Part shown: in pieces, positions 24,721-33,968 of the stretch | Layout of the letters: every line of letters begins with the position of its first letter | Numbering within the stretch: the stretch's first letter is position 1 | Source of the DNA: Actinomycetales bacterium | GTDB taxonomy: Bacteria; Actinomycetota; Actinomycetes; Actinomycetales; DASROP01 | Assembly: GCA_038232615.1 (NCBI GenBank) | Contig: JBBSNO010000001.1 | Coordinates: 1-37,633, forward strand | Reading direction: 5' to 3' | DNA length: 37,633 nucleotides | The notes under the pieces: generated by a model | What the model saw: only the letters and a program-made list of their open reading frames with translations | Database searches by the model: none | Told to the model about the DNA's origin: nothing | Made by a program: the position numbers and the translations under genes

Positions 24721-25642
24721 CTAGAGCTGGCCGCAGGACCCGCGGGTCGCGTACGGCAGGTCGTCGTAGTCCTCGAAGTCGTTGGAGTACAACGAGCCGT
24801 CCGCAGCCGGCGTCAGCACGGCCATGGTCGGCCTGGCGAACAGGTTCGACAGGTAGCCGTTGCTCTTCTGCCCGACCGAACGCACCTCGTAGAAGATCGC
24901 GCCCTCCGTCGTCCCCTGGTCGAGGGGGGTCTGGCCTTGTGGCGCGGTTCCTTCGAGGAGCATCCGGCTCAGGACGGCGTTGGTGATGTCGATGTCCGGG
25001 TAGCGGGCGACGTGGGTCTGGCCGTAGCCGGCCAGGGCGTCGAGGCTGACCTCCGACATCTGGCGGGCCAGCGTCCACTGCGAGGGAAGCAGCCGCGACG
25101 GGTCGACCGTGCGGGCCCCGATCTGGAACTGGTGAGGTCGTCCGTGCCCTCCACCCGCGGCGCGCTGCTCATCTGGTGCAGGTCGAGGCCGAGCTCGGGC
25201 TGCAGGTCGGCGAACAGGTTCCAGAACGCCACCGACTCCGGCTGCACGAAGTTCTCCCAGTCACGGTTCAGGTCGACCCGGGCGGGCGTGGTGCTCTGCC
25301 GGATGTTCGCCTCCGAGCCGTCCGGGTTGTACATCGGGATGACGACGACCGTCAGCTCCTCGCGGATCTGCTGGGCCTCCTGGCTGCCGCTGCTGCCCAG
25401 CTCCTTCAGGATGTGCAGGACGGCCTGCGTGCTCTGCAGCTCGTTACCGTGGATGCGAGCCTGGAGCCAGAACGTCGTGTAGCCCTTCCCGACGGTGGCG
25501 TACAACAGCTCGCGTCCCTCGCCGGACCCCCGGCGCTGGCGACTGCCACCTTGCCCTTGCTCGCTCTCTCGATCTGTCCCAGCTCGCGGACGAGGCGACT
25601 TCGCGCCGTGTGCCGCCTGGCCGGGGACGCCGAGCGGCTCGC
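24721..25642 (-). pseudogene. M14 zinc carboxypeptidase gene, 5'-truncated and frameshifted at least twice
   Basis: M14 blocks are spread over three frames. The first is HTARSRLVRELGQIERASKGKVAVASAG, whose frame opens only after TAG at 25643-25645 and has no start codon. The second is SGEGRELLYATVGKG...ARIHGNE...NPDG...DLNRDW...LDLHQM. The third is QFQIGARTVDPSRLL...DITNAVLSRM...GQL*. Frame switches lie near the C5 run at 25527-25531 and near 25130. Confidence 0.65.
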
Positions 25643-25659
25643 CTACGCTGGCGGGTGCC

Positions 25660-28600
25660 ATGGGGACGACGGACCGCACGACGACCGACGACCTGAGGCA
25701 GCGCGTCGGCGCCCTGATGGGCCGCGACGCGCACCGCCTCGGGCGGCGGCTCGAGGGGCTCCGGCGCGAGCGGGAGCCCGGACGGCGCGAAACCGCGCTG
25801 GCCGGCCTGGTCGAGCAGGTGCAGGCCGCCGAGGGCCGGGTCGAGCGACGCCGGGCCGCAGTGCCGGTGGTGTCGTACCCACCGGACCTACCGATCGCCG
25901 AGCGGCGAGACGACATCGCGGCGGCCGTCCGCGACAACCAGGTCGTGGTCGTGGCCGGCGAGACCGGGTCGGGCAAGACGACCCAGCTGCCCAAGATCTG
26001 CCTCGACCTGGGGCGTGGCGTCACGGGCATGATCGGCCACACCCAGCCACGCCGGATCGCCGCGCGTGCGGTGGCGGAGCGGGTCGCGGAGGAGCTCGGC
26101 TGCGAGGTGGGCGGCGTCGTCGGGTACGCCGTCCGCTTCAACGACCAGGTGGGCGAGGACACACTGGTCAAGGTGATGACCGACGGGATCCTGCTGGCGG
26201 AGATCCAGCGGGACCGGACGCTCTCCCGGTACGACACGCTTATCATCGACGAGGCCCACGAGCGCAGCCTCAACATCGACTTCCTCCTCGGCTATCTGGC
26301 ACAGCTGCTGCCCCGTCGGCCCGACCTGAAGCTGATCATCACGTCGGCCACCATCGACACCCAGCGCTTCTCGGAGCACTTCGACGACGCCCCGGTGGTC
26401 GAGGTGTCCGGCCGCACGTACCCGGTCGAGGTCCGCTACTCCCCCGCCGTCGACCTCTCGTCGCCGGGCAGCAAGGACCGGCCGCAGGCACCCGAACGCG
26501 ACCAGACCGAGGCCATCCTGGACGCCGTCACTGACCTCTGCGCGGAGGGTCCTGGCGACATCCTGGTGTTCCTCTCTGGTGAGCGGGAGATCCGTGACAC
26601 TGCGGACGCGTTGCGACCACTCACCACCGACCCCCGCCGTCCGGTCGAGATCCTCCCGCTGTACGCCCGGCTCTCCTCCGCCGAGCAGCACCGCGTGTTC
26701 GCGCAGCACTCCGGACGTCGCATCGTGCTGGCCACCAACGTCGCCGAGACGTCGCTGACGGTGCCGGGCATCAGGTACGTGGTCGACCCGGGGACGGCGC
26801 GCATCTCGCGCTACAGCCAGCGCACGAAGGTGCAGCGGCTGCCGATCGAGCCGGTGAGCCAGGCGTCGGCGAACCAGCGGGCGGGGCGTTGCGGGCGTGT
26901 GGAGGCGGGCATCTGCATCCGGCTGTACACGCAGGACGACTTCGAGTCACGACCCGAGTTCACCGACCCGGAGATCCTGCGGACCCACCTGGCCTCGGTG
27001 ATCCTGCAGATGGCATCGCTCGGGCTGGGCGAGGTCGCCGACTTCCCGTTCGTTGACCCCCCCGACCACCGCGCGATCCGTGACGGCGTGGCGCTCCTTC
27101 ACGAGCTCGGCGCCCTCGACCCCACGCAGGCGGACCCCCGCAGACGCCTGACGCCGTCGGGGCGCAAGCTCGCCCAGCTGCCGCTCGACCCCCGGCTCGC
27201 GCGGATGGTCCTGCAGGCAGGCTCGGGCGGCGTCGTCGCCGAGATCCTCGTCATCGTCGCGGCGATGTCGATCCAGGACCCCCGGGAACGGCCCGTCGAC
27301 AAGCAGCAGGTGGCTACGCAGATGCACCAGCGGTTCGCCGACCCGACGTCCGACTTCCTCTCGTACCTCAACCTCTGGAACTACCTGCGCGAGCAGCAGG
27401 ACACGTTGTCCTCCAGTGCCTTTCGGCGCCTGTGCAAGAGCGAGTTCCTGCACTACCTGCGCATCCGCGAGTGGCAGGACCTGCACTCGCAGCTGCGCCG
27501 GGTCGTCAAGGGCATGGGTATCGAGCTGTCGAGCTCGCCGGTGGCCGCCGACCGCATCCACCAGGCGCTGCTGGCGGGGCTGCTCTCGCAGATCGGCCTC
27601 AAGGACGACCGCCGGAACGAGTTCATGGGGGCACGCGGGCTGCGTTTCGCCGTCTCACCCGGTTCCGCGCTCTTCAAGAAGCCGCCGGCGTGGGTGATGG
27701 CGGGCGAGCTCGTCGAGACCACGCGTACCTGGGCGGGGACGAACGCGCGGATCGACCCCGGGTGGGCAGAGGACCTGGCACCCCACCTGGTGAAACACTC
27801 GTACAGCGAGCCGCACTGGTCCAGCAAGCGGGGCGCGGCGATGGCGTCGGAGAAGGTGCTGCTCTACGGCCTGCCGCTGGTGGCCTCACGCTCGGTGCCT
27901 TACAGCACAGTCGATCCGGAGATGTCGCGCGAGCTCTTCGTCAGGCACGCGCTCGTGGAGGGCGACTGGCGCACGCATCACCGCTTCTTCCACGACAACC
28001 GGGCGCTGCTGGAGGAGGTCGGCGAGCTCGAGCACCGTGCCCGACGCCGCGACATCGTCGTCGACGACGAGACCCTGTTCGACTTCTACGACGCGCGAGT
28101 GCCCCCGGACGTGGTGTCCGCGCGGCACTTCGACGCCTGGTGGAAGAAGGCACGGCGCGAGAACCCGGACCTGCTGACGTTCACGCGCGAGCTGCTGATG
28201 GACTCGGCCGCGGACGAGGTCGACGACGCCGACTTCCCGCTGGTGTGGCAGCAGGGCCCCACGACCCTGACGTTGTCGTACCAGTTCGAGCCGGGCACCG
28301 CTGCGGACGGCGTCACCGTGCACGTGCCGCTGGCGGTGCTCGGTCAGCTGCGCAGCCACGGCTTCGACTGGCAGGTCCCCGGCCTGCGCGAGGACCTCGC
28401 GACGGCGCTGATCCGGTCGTTGCCCAAACGGATCCGCACGTCGTTCGTGCCGGCGCCGGACACGGCGCGCGCCGCGCTGGCGCAGACCGACCCGACGGGT
28501 GGCCCGATGACCGCGGCCCTCGGGGCGACCCTGCAGCGGATGACCGGGACCGCGGTCCCCTCCGACGCGTGGGACGTCGAGCGCGTCCCCGAGCACCTCC

Positions 28601-29586
28601 GGATGACCTTCCGCGTCGAGTCCGGCGACGGTGCGGTGCTCGGCGAGAGCAAGGACCTGGAGGAGCTGCGGACCCGGCTGGCACCGCAGGTGCAGACCGC
28701 CGTCGCGGCTGCGATGCCTGACCTGGAACGCGCCGGGCTGCGGGACTGGTCGGTCGGTTCGCTGCCCACCTCGGTGGAGCACGCCGCCGGAGCCCAGGTG
28801 GTGACGGGTTTCCCGACGCTGGTCGACGAGGGCGGCAGTGTCGCCCTCCGGGTTCTCGCCGACAGCCGCGAAGCCGCGCGGTCCATGCGGGCCGGCACGC
28901 GGGCGCTGCTGCTGCTGGACGTCGGGTCCCCGGCGCGCGCGGTGGTGGACCGGCTCGGCAACGCGGACAAGCTCGCGCTCACCCGCAACCCGCACGGCGG
29001 CGTCGGGGCGCTGCTGGAGGACTGCTTGGCGGCGGCGATCGACGCGGTCGTGGCCCGCCACGGGGGCCCGGTGCGCGACGGCGACGCCTACGCGACGCTG
29101 CGCGAGGTCGTCCGGGCCGAGCTCGAGCGCGAGCTGGGCGACATCGTCGCCGTCTGCGCCCGCGTCCTGACCCAGGCGCACACCCTCGGGAGCCTGGTCT
29201 CGTCGATGTCGAGCCTGGTGCTGCTGCCCGCACTGGCCGACGTCCGGGCACAGGTCGACGGGCTCGTCGGCCCCGGCTTCGTCACTGCCGCCGGTGCGGC
29301 CCGGCTGCCCGACCTGCTGCGGTACCTGCGGGCCGCCGTGGTCCGGCTGGAGCGGCTGCCGTCGGACGTCGTCCGCGACCGCGACCTGATGGGCACCGTG
29401 CAGCGACTGGCCGCCGAGCACGACCGTGTCGTCGCGTCGCTGCCCGCATCACGGCGCCTTGACGCGGACGTCGTAGCCGTCCGCTGGATGCTCGAGGAGC
29501 TGCGCGTCAGCCTGTTCGCGCCCACCCTCAAGACGGCGTACCCGGTTTCGGAGAAACGGATCACCAAGGCTCTCGCAGCGCTTTGA
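25660..29586 (+). CDS. hrpA: ATP-dependent RNA helicase HrpA (DEAH-box)
   Basis: 1308 aa from ATG 25660. GETGSGKTTQLP, DEAHERS, TSAT, QRAGRCGR, and the long HA2/OB/C-terminal HrpA-specific extension. Confidence 0.93.
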   Translation: MGTTDRTTTDDLRQRVGALMGRDAHRLGRRLEGLRREREPGRRETALAGLVEQVQAAEGRVERRRAAVPVVSYPPDLPIAERRDDIAAAVRDNQVVVVAGETGSGKTTQLPKICLDLGRGVTGMIGHTQPRRIAARAVAERVAEELGCEVGGVVGYAVRFNDQVGEDTLVKVMTDGILLAEIQRDRTLSRYDTLIIDEAHERSLNIDFLLGYLAQLLPRRPDLKLIITSATIDTQRFSEHFDDAPVVEVSGRTYPVEVRYSPAVDLSSPGSKDRPQAPERDQTEAILDAVTDLCAEGPGDILVFLSGEREIRDTADALRPLTTDPRRPVEILPLYARLSSAEQHRVFAQHSGRRIVLATNVAETSLTVPGIRYVVDPGTARISRYSQRTKVQRLPIEPVSQASANQRAGRCGRVEAGICIRLYTQDDFESRPEFTDPEILRTHLASVILQMASLGLGEVADFPFVDPPDHRAIRDGVALLHELGALDPTQADPRRRLTPSGRKLAQLPLDPRLARMVLQAGSGGVVAEILVIVAAMSIQDPRERPVDKQQVATQMHQRFADPTSDFLSYLNLWNYLREQQDTLSSSAFRRLCKSEFLHYLRIREWQDLHSQLRRVVKGMGIELSSSPVAADRIHQALLAGLLSQIGLKDDRRNEFMGARGLRFAVSPGSALFKKPPAWVMAGELVETTRTWAGTNARIDPGWAEDLAPHLVKHSYSEPHWSSKRGAAMASEKVLLYGLPLVASRSVPYSTVDPEMSRELFVRHALVEGDWRTHHRFFHDNRALLEEVGELEHRARRRDIVVDDETLFDFYDARVPPDVVSARHFDAWWKKARRENPDLLTFTRELLMDSAADEVDDADFPLVWQQGPTTLTLSYQFEPGTAADGVTVHVPLAVLGQLRSHGFDWQVPGLREDLATALIRSLPKRIRTSFVPAPDTARAALAQTDPTGGPMTAALGATLQRMTGTAVPSDAWDVERVPEHLRMTFRVESGDGAVLGESKDLEELRTRLAPQVQTAVAAAMPDLERAGLRDWSVGSLPTSVEHAAGAQVVTGFPTLVDEGGSVALRVLADSREAARSMRAGTRALLLLDVGSPARAVVDRLGNADKLALTRNPHGGVGALLEDCLAAAIDAVVARHGGPVRDGDAYATLREVVRAELERELGDIVAVCARVLTQAHTLGSLVSSMSSLVLLPALADVRAQVDGLVGPGFVTAAGAARLPDLLRYLRAAVVRLERLPSDVVRDRDLMGTVQRLAAEHDRVVASLPASRRLDADVVAVRWMLEELRVSLFAPTLKTAYPVSEKRITKALAAL

Positions 29587-29696
29587 TCTGCTGCTTGTTC
29601 GCCCTTCTTGGATTGTGACCTGTTCGTGATGTGTGGCAACGATGTCTGAGCCTTCTGGAGCGGGTCGTTGTCGGTAGTGACAGCTAGATTCGTTGT

Positions 29697-31193
29697 ATGG
29701 CAACAGGTTCGGGTGAAGCGCCGCAGCACGACGTGCTGCGCGGCCTCGCACTGATGGGTGAGGGTCTCGATGTGCTCGCCGGCGCCGGCGGGATCTCCCT
29801 CTCGGACGGCGAGACCCGTGACGCCCTGGCTACGGTCACTGCGCTGAGCGCCCGTTGCCGAGCCGCCTACCTGCACCTGCTCGCGGCCGCGTCCGAGCGT
29901 GACCTTCCGAGCACCTCGACCACGGGCGGCTCGACCCCTCTTTCGGACCGGGAGGGCGCGGAGACCTGCACCTGGTTGGCTGCCACGGCGCGGATGAGCG
30001 CGGGCAAGGTCCGGGCCGACCTGCGGGAGGCGAGGGCGTTGGACCCCGACATCGGGGTGCTCCGCGCGATGGGCACCGAGCTGGCGGGGGGGAAGGTCAC
30101 GGCCGAGCACGCGTCCGTCGCGGTCCGCGCGCTGCGGGGCCTGCCCGCGAAGCTCCTGCGGGAGCGGCGCGCCGACGTCGACGACCTCCTGACCGGGCAC
30201 GCTGCCACGTTCGACCCCGCCACCACCACCATGCTGGGTCGGCACCTGCTGGCGACCGTCGTCCCGGACCGGGCCGACCATGTCGACACCGAGGCCCACC
30301 TGCGCCGCGAGGTGCACCTGGGGATCGATTCCACCGGTATGGGTGTCCTGCGCGGCCAGCTCGACGCCGCGACCACGGCGCAGCTCAAGGCGGTCCTGGA
30401 CCACCTGTCCGCCCCGCACCGCGGCCCCGTCGAGACCGGCGGCGGAGAGGGCGCGCAGACGGCGCTGACAATCAACGACCTGCGCACGCCCGCTCAACGC
30501 CGCCACGATGCCCTTGCCGAGATGACCCGCGCCGCCGCGGGTGCCCTGCACGGCAGCGTCCGGGCTGGTGAGCCGCCTCGCGTGGTGGTCCACACCTCCC
30601 CCGATCAGGTCGCCGACGCAGCGCGCGCAGCCGCCCGCCGGCTCGGCGATGAACCCGGAGACGGCGACCCCGGCGGGTCGGCGTCCCGCCAGCCGGCCGG
30701 AGCCGCGTCCTGCGAGCAGACCGGACCGCTGACGCCCGGCACCCTGGCGCTGTTGTTGTGCGACGCGGTCATCGACCGGATCGTCCTCAACGAGTCAGGC
30801 CGAGTGCTCGAGCTGACCAGCCTGGGCCGCTTCTTCACCGCCGCCCAGCGCCACGCGCTCGGCGCCCGCGACGGAGGGTGCGCCTTCCCTGGCTGTGACC
30901 GTCCCCCGTCCTGGTGCGACGCGCACCACGTGATCTTCTCCTGCGACGGCGGCCCGACCACCGTCGAGAACGGGGTCTTGCTCTGTGGCCCGCACCACAC
31001 CGAGATCCACCTCGGTCACTGGAAGATCACGATGCGCGACGGCTTCCCCTGGTTCGTCCCACCCCGACACCTCGACCCCACCCGGAGACCGGTGCGCAAC
31101 TCGGTCCATCAAGCCATCGCCGAAACAAGGCGTGATGCCCAGCAACTCCACCTCGACCTGCAGCCCGGCACGACGGACGACCCTGACGGTTGA
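29697..31193 (+). CDS. DUF222 domain / HNH endonuclease protein (REP13E12-like family)
   Basis: 498 aa. N-terminal DUF222-like helical region. C-terminal HNH block GCAFPGCDRPPSWCDAHHVIFSCDGGPTTVENGVLLCGPHHTEIH. Preceded by a lower-GC leader of about 110 bp. Confidence 0.85.
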   Translation: MATGSGEAPQHDVLRGLALMGEGLDVLAGAGGISLSDGETRDALATVTALSARCRAAYLHLLAAASERDLPSTSTTGGSTPLSDREGAETCTWLAATARMSAGKVRADLREARALDPDIGVLRAMGTELAGGKVTAEHASVAVRALRGLPAKLLRERRADVDDLLTGHAATFDPATTTMLGRHLLATVVPDRADHVDTEAHLRREVHLGIDSTGMGVLRGQLDAATTAQLKAVLDHLSAPHRGPVETGGGEGAQTALTINDLRTPAQRRHDALAEMTRAAAGALHGSVRAGEPPRVVVHTSPDQVADAARAAARRLGDEPGDGDPGGSASRQPAGAASCEQTGPLTPGTLALLLCDAVIDRIVLNESGRVLELTSLGRFFTAAQRHALGARDGGCAFPGCDRPPSWCDAHHVIFSCDGGPTTVENGVLLCGPHHTEIHLGHWKITMRDGFPWFVPPRHLDPTRRPVRNSVHQAIAETRRDAQQLHLDLQPGTTDDPDG

Positions 31194-31329
31194 CGAAGCC
31201 AGCGCACCAGCAAGGTTGTTCCGCCGTAGACGTACGCGGCGAGAACGTATGCGGTGGTACCGGCCTCGCCTCGCCGACGCAGGTGGCACCCCACGAGGCT
31301 CGGCCACCCCACGGGGCGTCGTCCACGGA

Positions 31330-32193
31330 TCAACGCCCCGGCGTCCCCAGGTGCGCGGCCAGCGCGGGCAGCACCACACCGAGCGCGGCGTCGAGACGCA
31401 GGGACGCCTTCTCGTCCCCGCGCGTCGGCCCCGTGTTGACGATCGCGACCGGCTTGCCGTGCTTGTACGCGTGACGCACGAACCGGTACCCCGACATCAC
31501 CGTCAACGACGAGCCGAGCACGAGCAGCGACCGTCCTGCGTCGACGAGGTCGTAGCAGTGCTGCACGCGAGGCTTGGGCACGTTCTCGCCGAAGAACACG
31601 ACGTCCGGCTTGAGGGGACCGCCGCCGCAGACGGCGCAGGGCACAGTGCGGAAACCCTCCACCGCGGCATCGGGCAGGTCGGCGTCACCATCTGGGTTCA
31701 CGCGGGTGACGTCGGCGTCGAAGCCCGGGTTCGCCTCCCGGAGCCGCTCGTCCAGCCACTGCCGTGGCGACAGGTCGCCGCAGTTCAGGCAGACGACCCG
31801 CTCGAGGTTTCCGTGCAGCTCCACCACGTCGGCGGCGCCTGCGGCCTGGTGGAGCCCGTCCACGTTCTGGGTGATCAGGCCAGCGAGGTGGCCCGCCCGC
31901 TGGAGCCTCGCCACGGCCTCATGGCCGGCGTTCGGCGTGGCCAGGGCGATGTGACGCCACCCCAGGTGACTACGGGCCCAGTAGCGCCGACGTGCCACCG
32001 TGTCGGTCGTGAACTCCCCGTAGGTCATCGGCGTCACGGTGCGGCGCGAGCCGGTAGGGCCGCGGTAGTCGGGGATCCCCGACTCGGTCGAGATCCCCGC
32101 GCCCGAGAGCACCACCACACCGCCGGCAGCGACGAGGTCGGCGAGGGTCGAGAGGTCGACCGACGGCTCTGGGTCGTCGAGTCCCGCCGCCAT
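31330..32193 (-). CDS. Sir2-family NAD-dependent protein deacylase (sirtuin)
   Basis: 287 aa from ATG 32193. GAGISTESGIPDYRG, QNVDGLH, catalytic ELHG, zinc ribbon CLNCG...CAVCGG, LVLGSSL. Confidence 0.88.
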   Translation of the reverse strand: MAAGLDDPEPSVDLSTLADLVAAGGVVVLSGAGISTESGIPDYRGPTGSRRTVTPMTYGEFTTDTVARRRYWARSHLGWRHIALATPNAGHEAVARLQRAGHLAGLITQNVDGLHQAAGAADVVELHGNLERVVCLNCGDLSPRQWLDERLREANPGFDADVTRVNPDGDADLPDAAVEGFRTVPCAVCGGGPLKPDVVFFGENVPKPRVQHCYDLVDAGRSLLVLGSSLTVMSGYRFVRHAYKHGKPVAIVNTGPTRGDEKASLRLDAALGVVLPALAAHLGTPGR

Positions 32194-32369
32194 GACGCCA
32201 TCGTGCCTGAGCACGGCGGGGCCCGCGAACGGCGGGCGATGCAAAGGAATGATCACCAGTAGGGCATGCTTGTGCCCAGGGAGAGCGCCGAACCAGGCGC
32301 ACCCGACGTCGTGGAGCACCTGCACCCGCACCGGCGCTGTCGCTGATTCCAGCGATCTGCTGCCGCGGA

Positions 32370-33920
32370 GTGCTTGCCGATCCAACGGCGACCGCTCCGA
32401 CCACCGCCATGAAAGGCGCCAAGATCTCTGTGTCCACAGTTCCCAGCTCGACCACGGCTGCCCCGCGCAGCTCGACAACTACCGGCCCCACGCCCACGTT
32501 CGCCGCGCTCGGCGTTCCCCAGATCCTGGTGGACGCCCTGGCCGCGGGCGGCATGACCACCGCGTTCCCCATCCAGACGGCGACGCTGCCCGACACGCTG
32601 CAGGGCCGCGACGTCCTCGGCCGCGGACGCACGGGCTCCGGCAAGACCCTGGCCTTCGCGCTACCCCTGGTGGCGCGCCTCGCCGCCAGCCGCACGCCGC
32701 GCAACCCCAAGCGGCCGCGCTCCCTGGTGCTGGCCCCGACCCGCGAGCTGGCGTCGCAGATCGCCGCCACCGTCACCCCGCTGGCCACCGCCGCTGGGCT
32801 GAGGGTCACGACCGTCTTCGGCGGGGTCGGCCAGAACCCCCAGGCGAAGGCGCTCGCTGCCGGCGTCGACGTCCTGATCGCCTGCCCAGGCCGGCTCGAG
32901 GACCTCATCGGCCAGCGCCTGTGCGACCTCGGCGCGGTCGATGTCACCGTGCTCGACGAGGCCGACCACATGGCCGACCTCGGCTTCCTCCCGGGCGTGA
33001 AGCGCCTGCTGGACTCCACCCCCAAGGGCGGCCAGCGGATGCTGTTCTCGGCCACCCTCGACAACGGTGTCGACGTCCTGGTGCGCCGCTACCTGAGCAA
33101 CCCGCTCACGCACGCTGTCGACTCGGCTGCCTCGCCCGTCACGGAGATGACGCACCACGTCCTCGCCGTGTCCGACGTCGGCGCCAAGTCCGCCGTCGTC
33201 CGGGAGCTGGCGTCGGGTACCGGACGCCGGCTGCTCTTCACGCGCACCAAGCACGGCGCCAAGAAGCTCGCCAAGCAGCTGACGGCGGCGGGTATCCCGG
33301 CGGTCGACCTTCACGGCAACCTGTCCCAGAACGCGCGTGAGCGGAACCTGGCCGCCTTCTCCGGTGGTGAGGTCCGGGTCCTGGTGGCCACCGACATCGC
33401 CGCGCGCGGTATCCACGTCGACGACATCGAGCTGGTCGTGCACGTCGACCCGCCCACCGAGCACAAGGCGTACCTGCACCGCTCCGGTCGCACCGCACGC
33501 GCCGGCTCCGGGGGCGACGTCGTCACCGTGATGCTGCCCGAGCAGCGTTCCGACGTCGCGACCCTCACCCGTCAGGCCGGCATCAAGCCCACCCGTACCA
33601 CGGCCGCTCCGGGTGCCCCGGCCGTGGCGGCGCTGATCGGTCATGTCGCCGACCACGTCGTCCCGGCACCTGTCGTCCCGGCTCAGCCGGCTCGTGCCGG
33701 TGCCCGCGCCGGCGGGTCCGGTCGTGGCAGGACCCGTTCCGGCAGCGCGCCGAAGGCGGGTCAGCAGCGTTCCGGCGGACAGAAGTCCGTGGCTGCGAAG
33801 TCCGGGTCCCCGAGGTCCAAGCCGCAGACCGGTGGCGGACGCCGGGGCGGCACGGTCTACTCGACCAGCTCCGGCGGCGCCGTGGGCATGTCGATGGGCG
33901 GGGGCCGCGGCCGTCGCTGA
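32370..33920 (+). CDS. DEAD-box ATP-dependent RNA helicase with Gly/Arg/Ser-rich basic C-terminal tail
   Basis: Q-motif TFAALGV...AFPIQ, GRGRTGSGKT, DEADHMAD, SAT, HRSGRTARAG. Start is uncertain (GTG 32370 or ATG 32409). Confidence 0.88.
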   Translation: MLADPTATAPTTAMKGAKISVSTVPSSTTAAPRSSTTTGPTPTFAALGVPQILVDALAAGGMTTAFPIQTATLPDTLQGRDVLGRGRTGSGKTLAFALPLVARLAASRTPRNPKRPRSLVLAPTRELASQIAATVTPLATAAGLRVTTVFGGVGQNPQAKALAAGVDVLIACPGRLEDLIGQRLCDLGAVDVTVLDEADHMADLGFLPGVKRLLDSTPKGGQRMLFSATLDNGVDVLVRRYLSNPLTHAVDSAASPVTEMTHHVLAVSDVGAKSAVVRELASGTGRRLLFTRTKHGAKKLAKQLTAAGIPAVDLHGNLSQNARERNLAAFSGGEVRVLVATDIAARGIHVDDIELVVHVDPPTEHKAYLHRSGRTARAGSGGDVVTVMLPEQRSDVATLTRQAGIKPTRTTAAPGAPAVAALIGHVADHVVPAPVVPAQPARAGARAGGSGRGRTRSGSAPKAGQQRSGGQKSVAAKSGSPRSKPQTGGGRRGGTVYSTSSGGAVGMSMGGGRGRR

Positions 33921-33968
33921 GCCGGTCCGACCCGGGTGTAGCCGGGGACGGGTGCTGACCCCGCCAGG

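Noticed and set aside
25659-25662. CCATGG providing divergent ATG starts for both hrpA and a 435-aa minus-strand ORF (MAPASVGEPLG...)
   Set aside because: The minus-strand frame has poor third-position G/C in its first ~45 codons (7/18 in the tested stretch). The M14 homology there lies in a different frame, so this ATG is unlikely to be a genuine start.
31330-32193. Sir2 domain protein as a possible anti-phage defence effector (Thoeris/DSR/SIR2-HerA-like)
   Set aside because: It has the complete canonical sirtuin deacylase signature, including the CxxC...CxxC zinc ribbon, and a normal size (287 aa). There is no partner gene (TIR, HerA, pAgo, helicase fusion). A housekeeping sirtuin is the simpler call.
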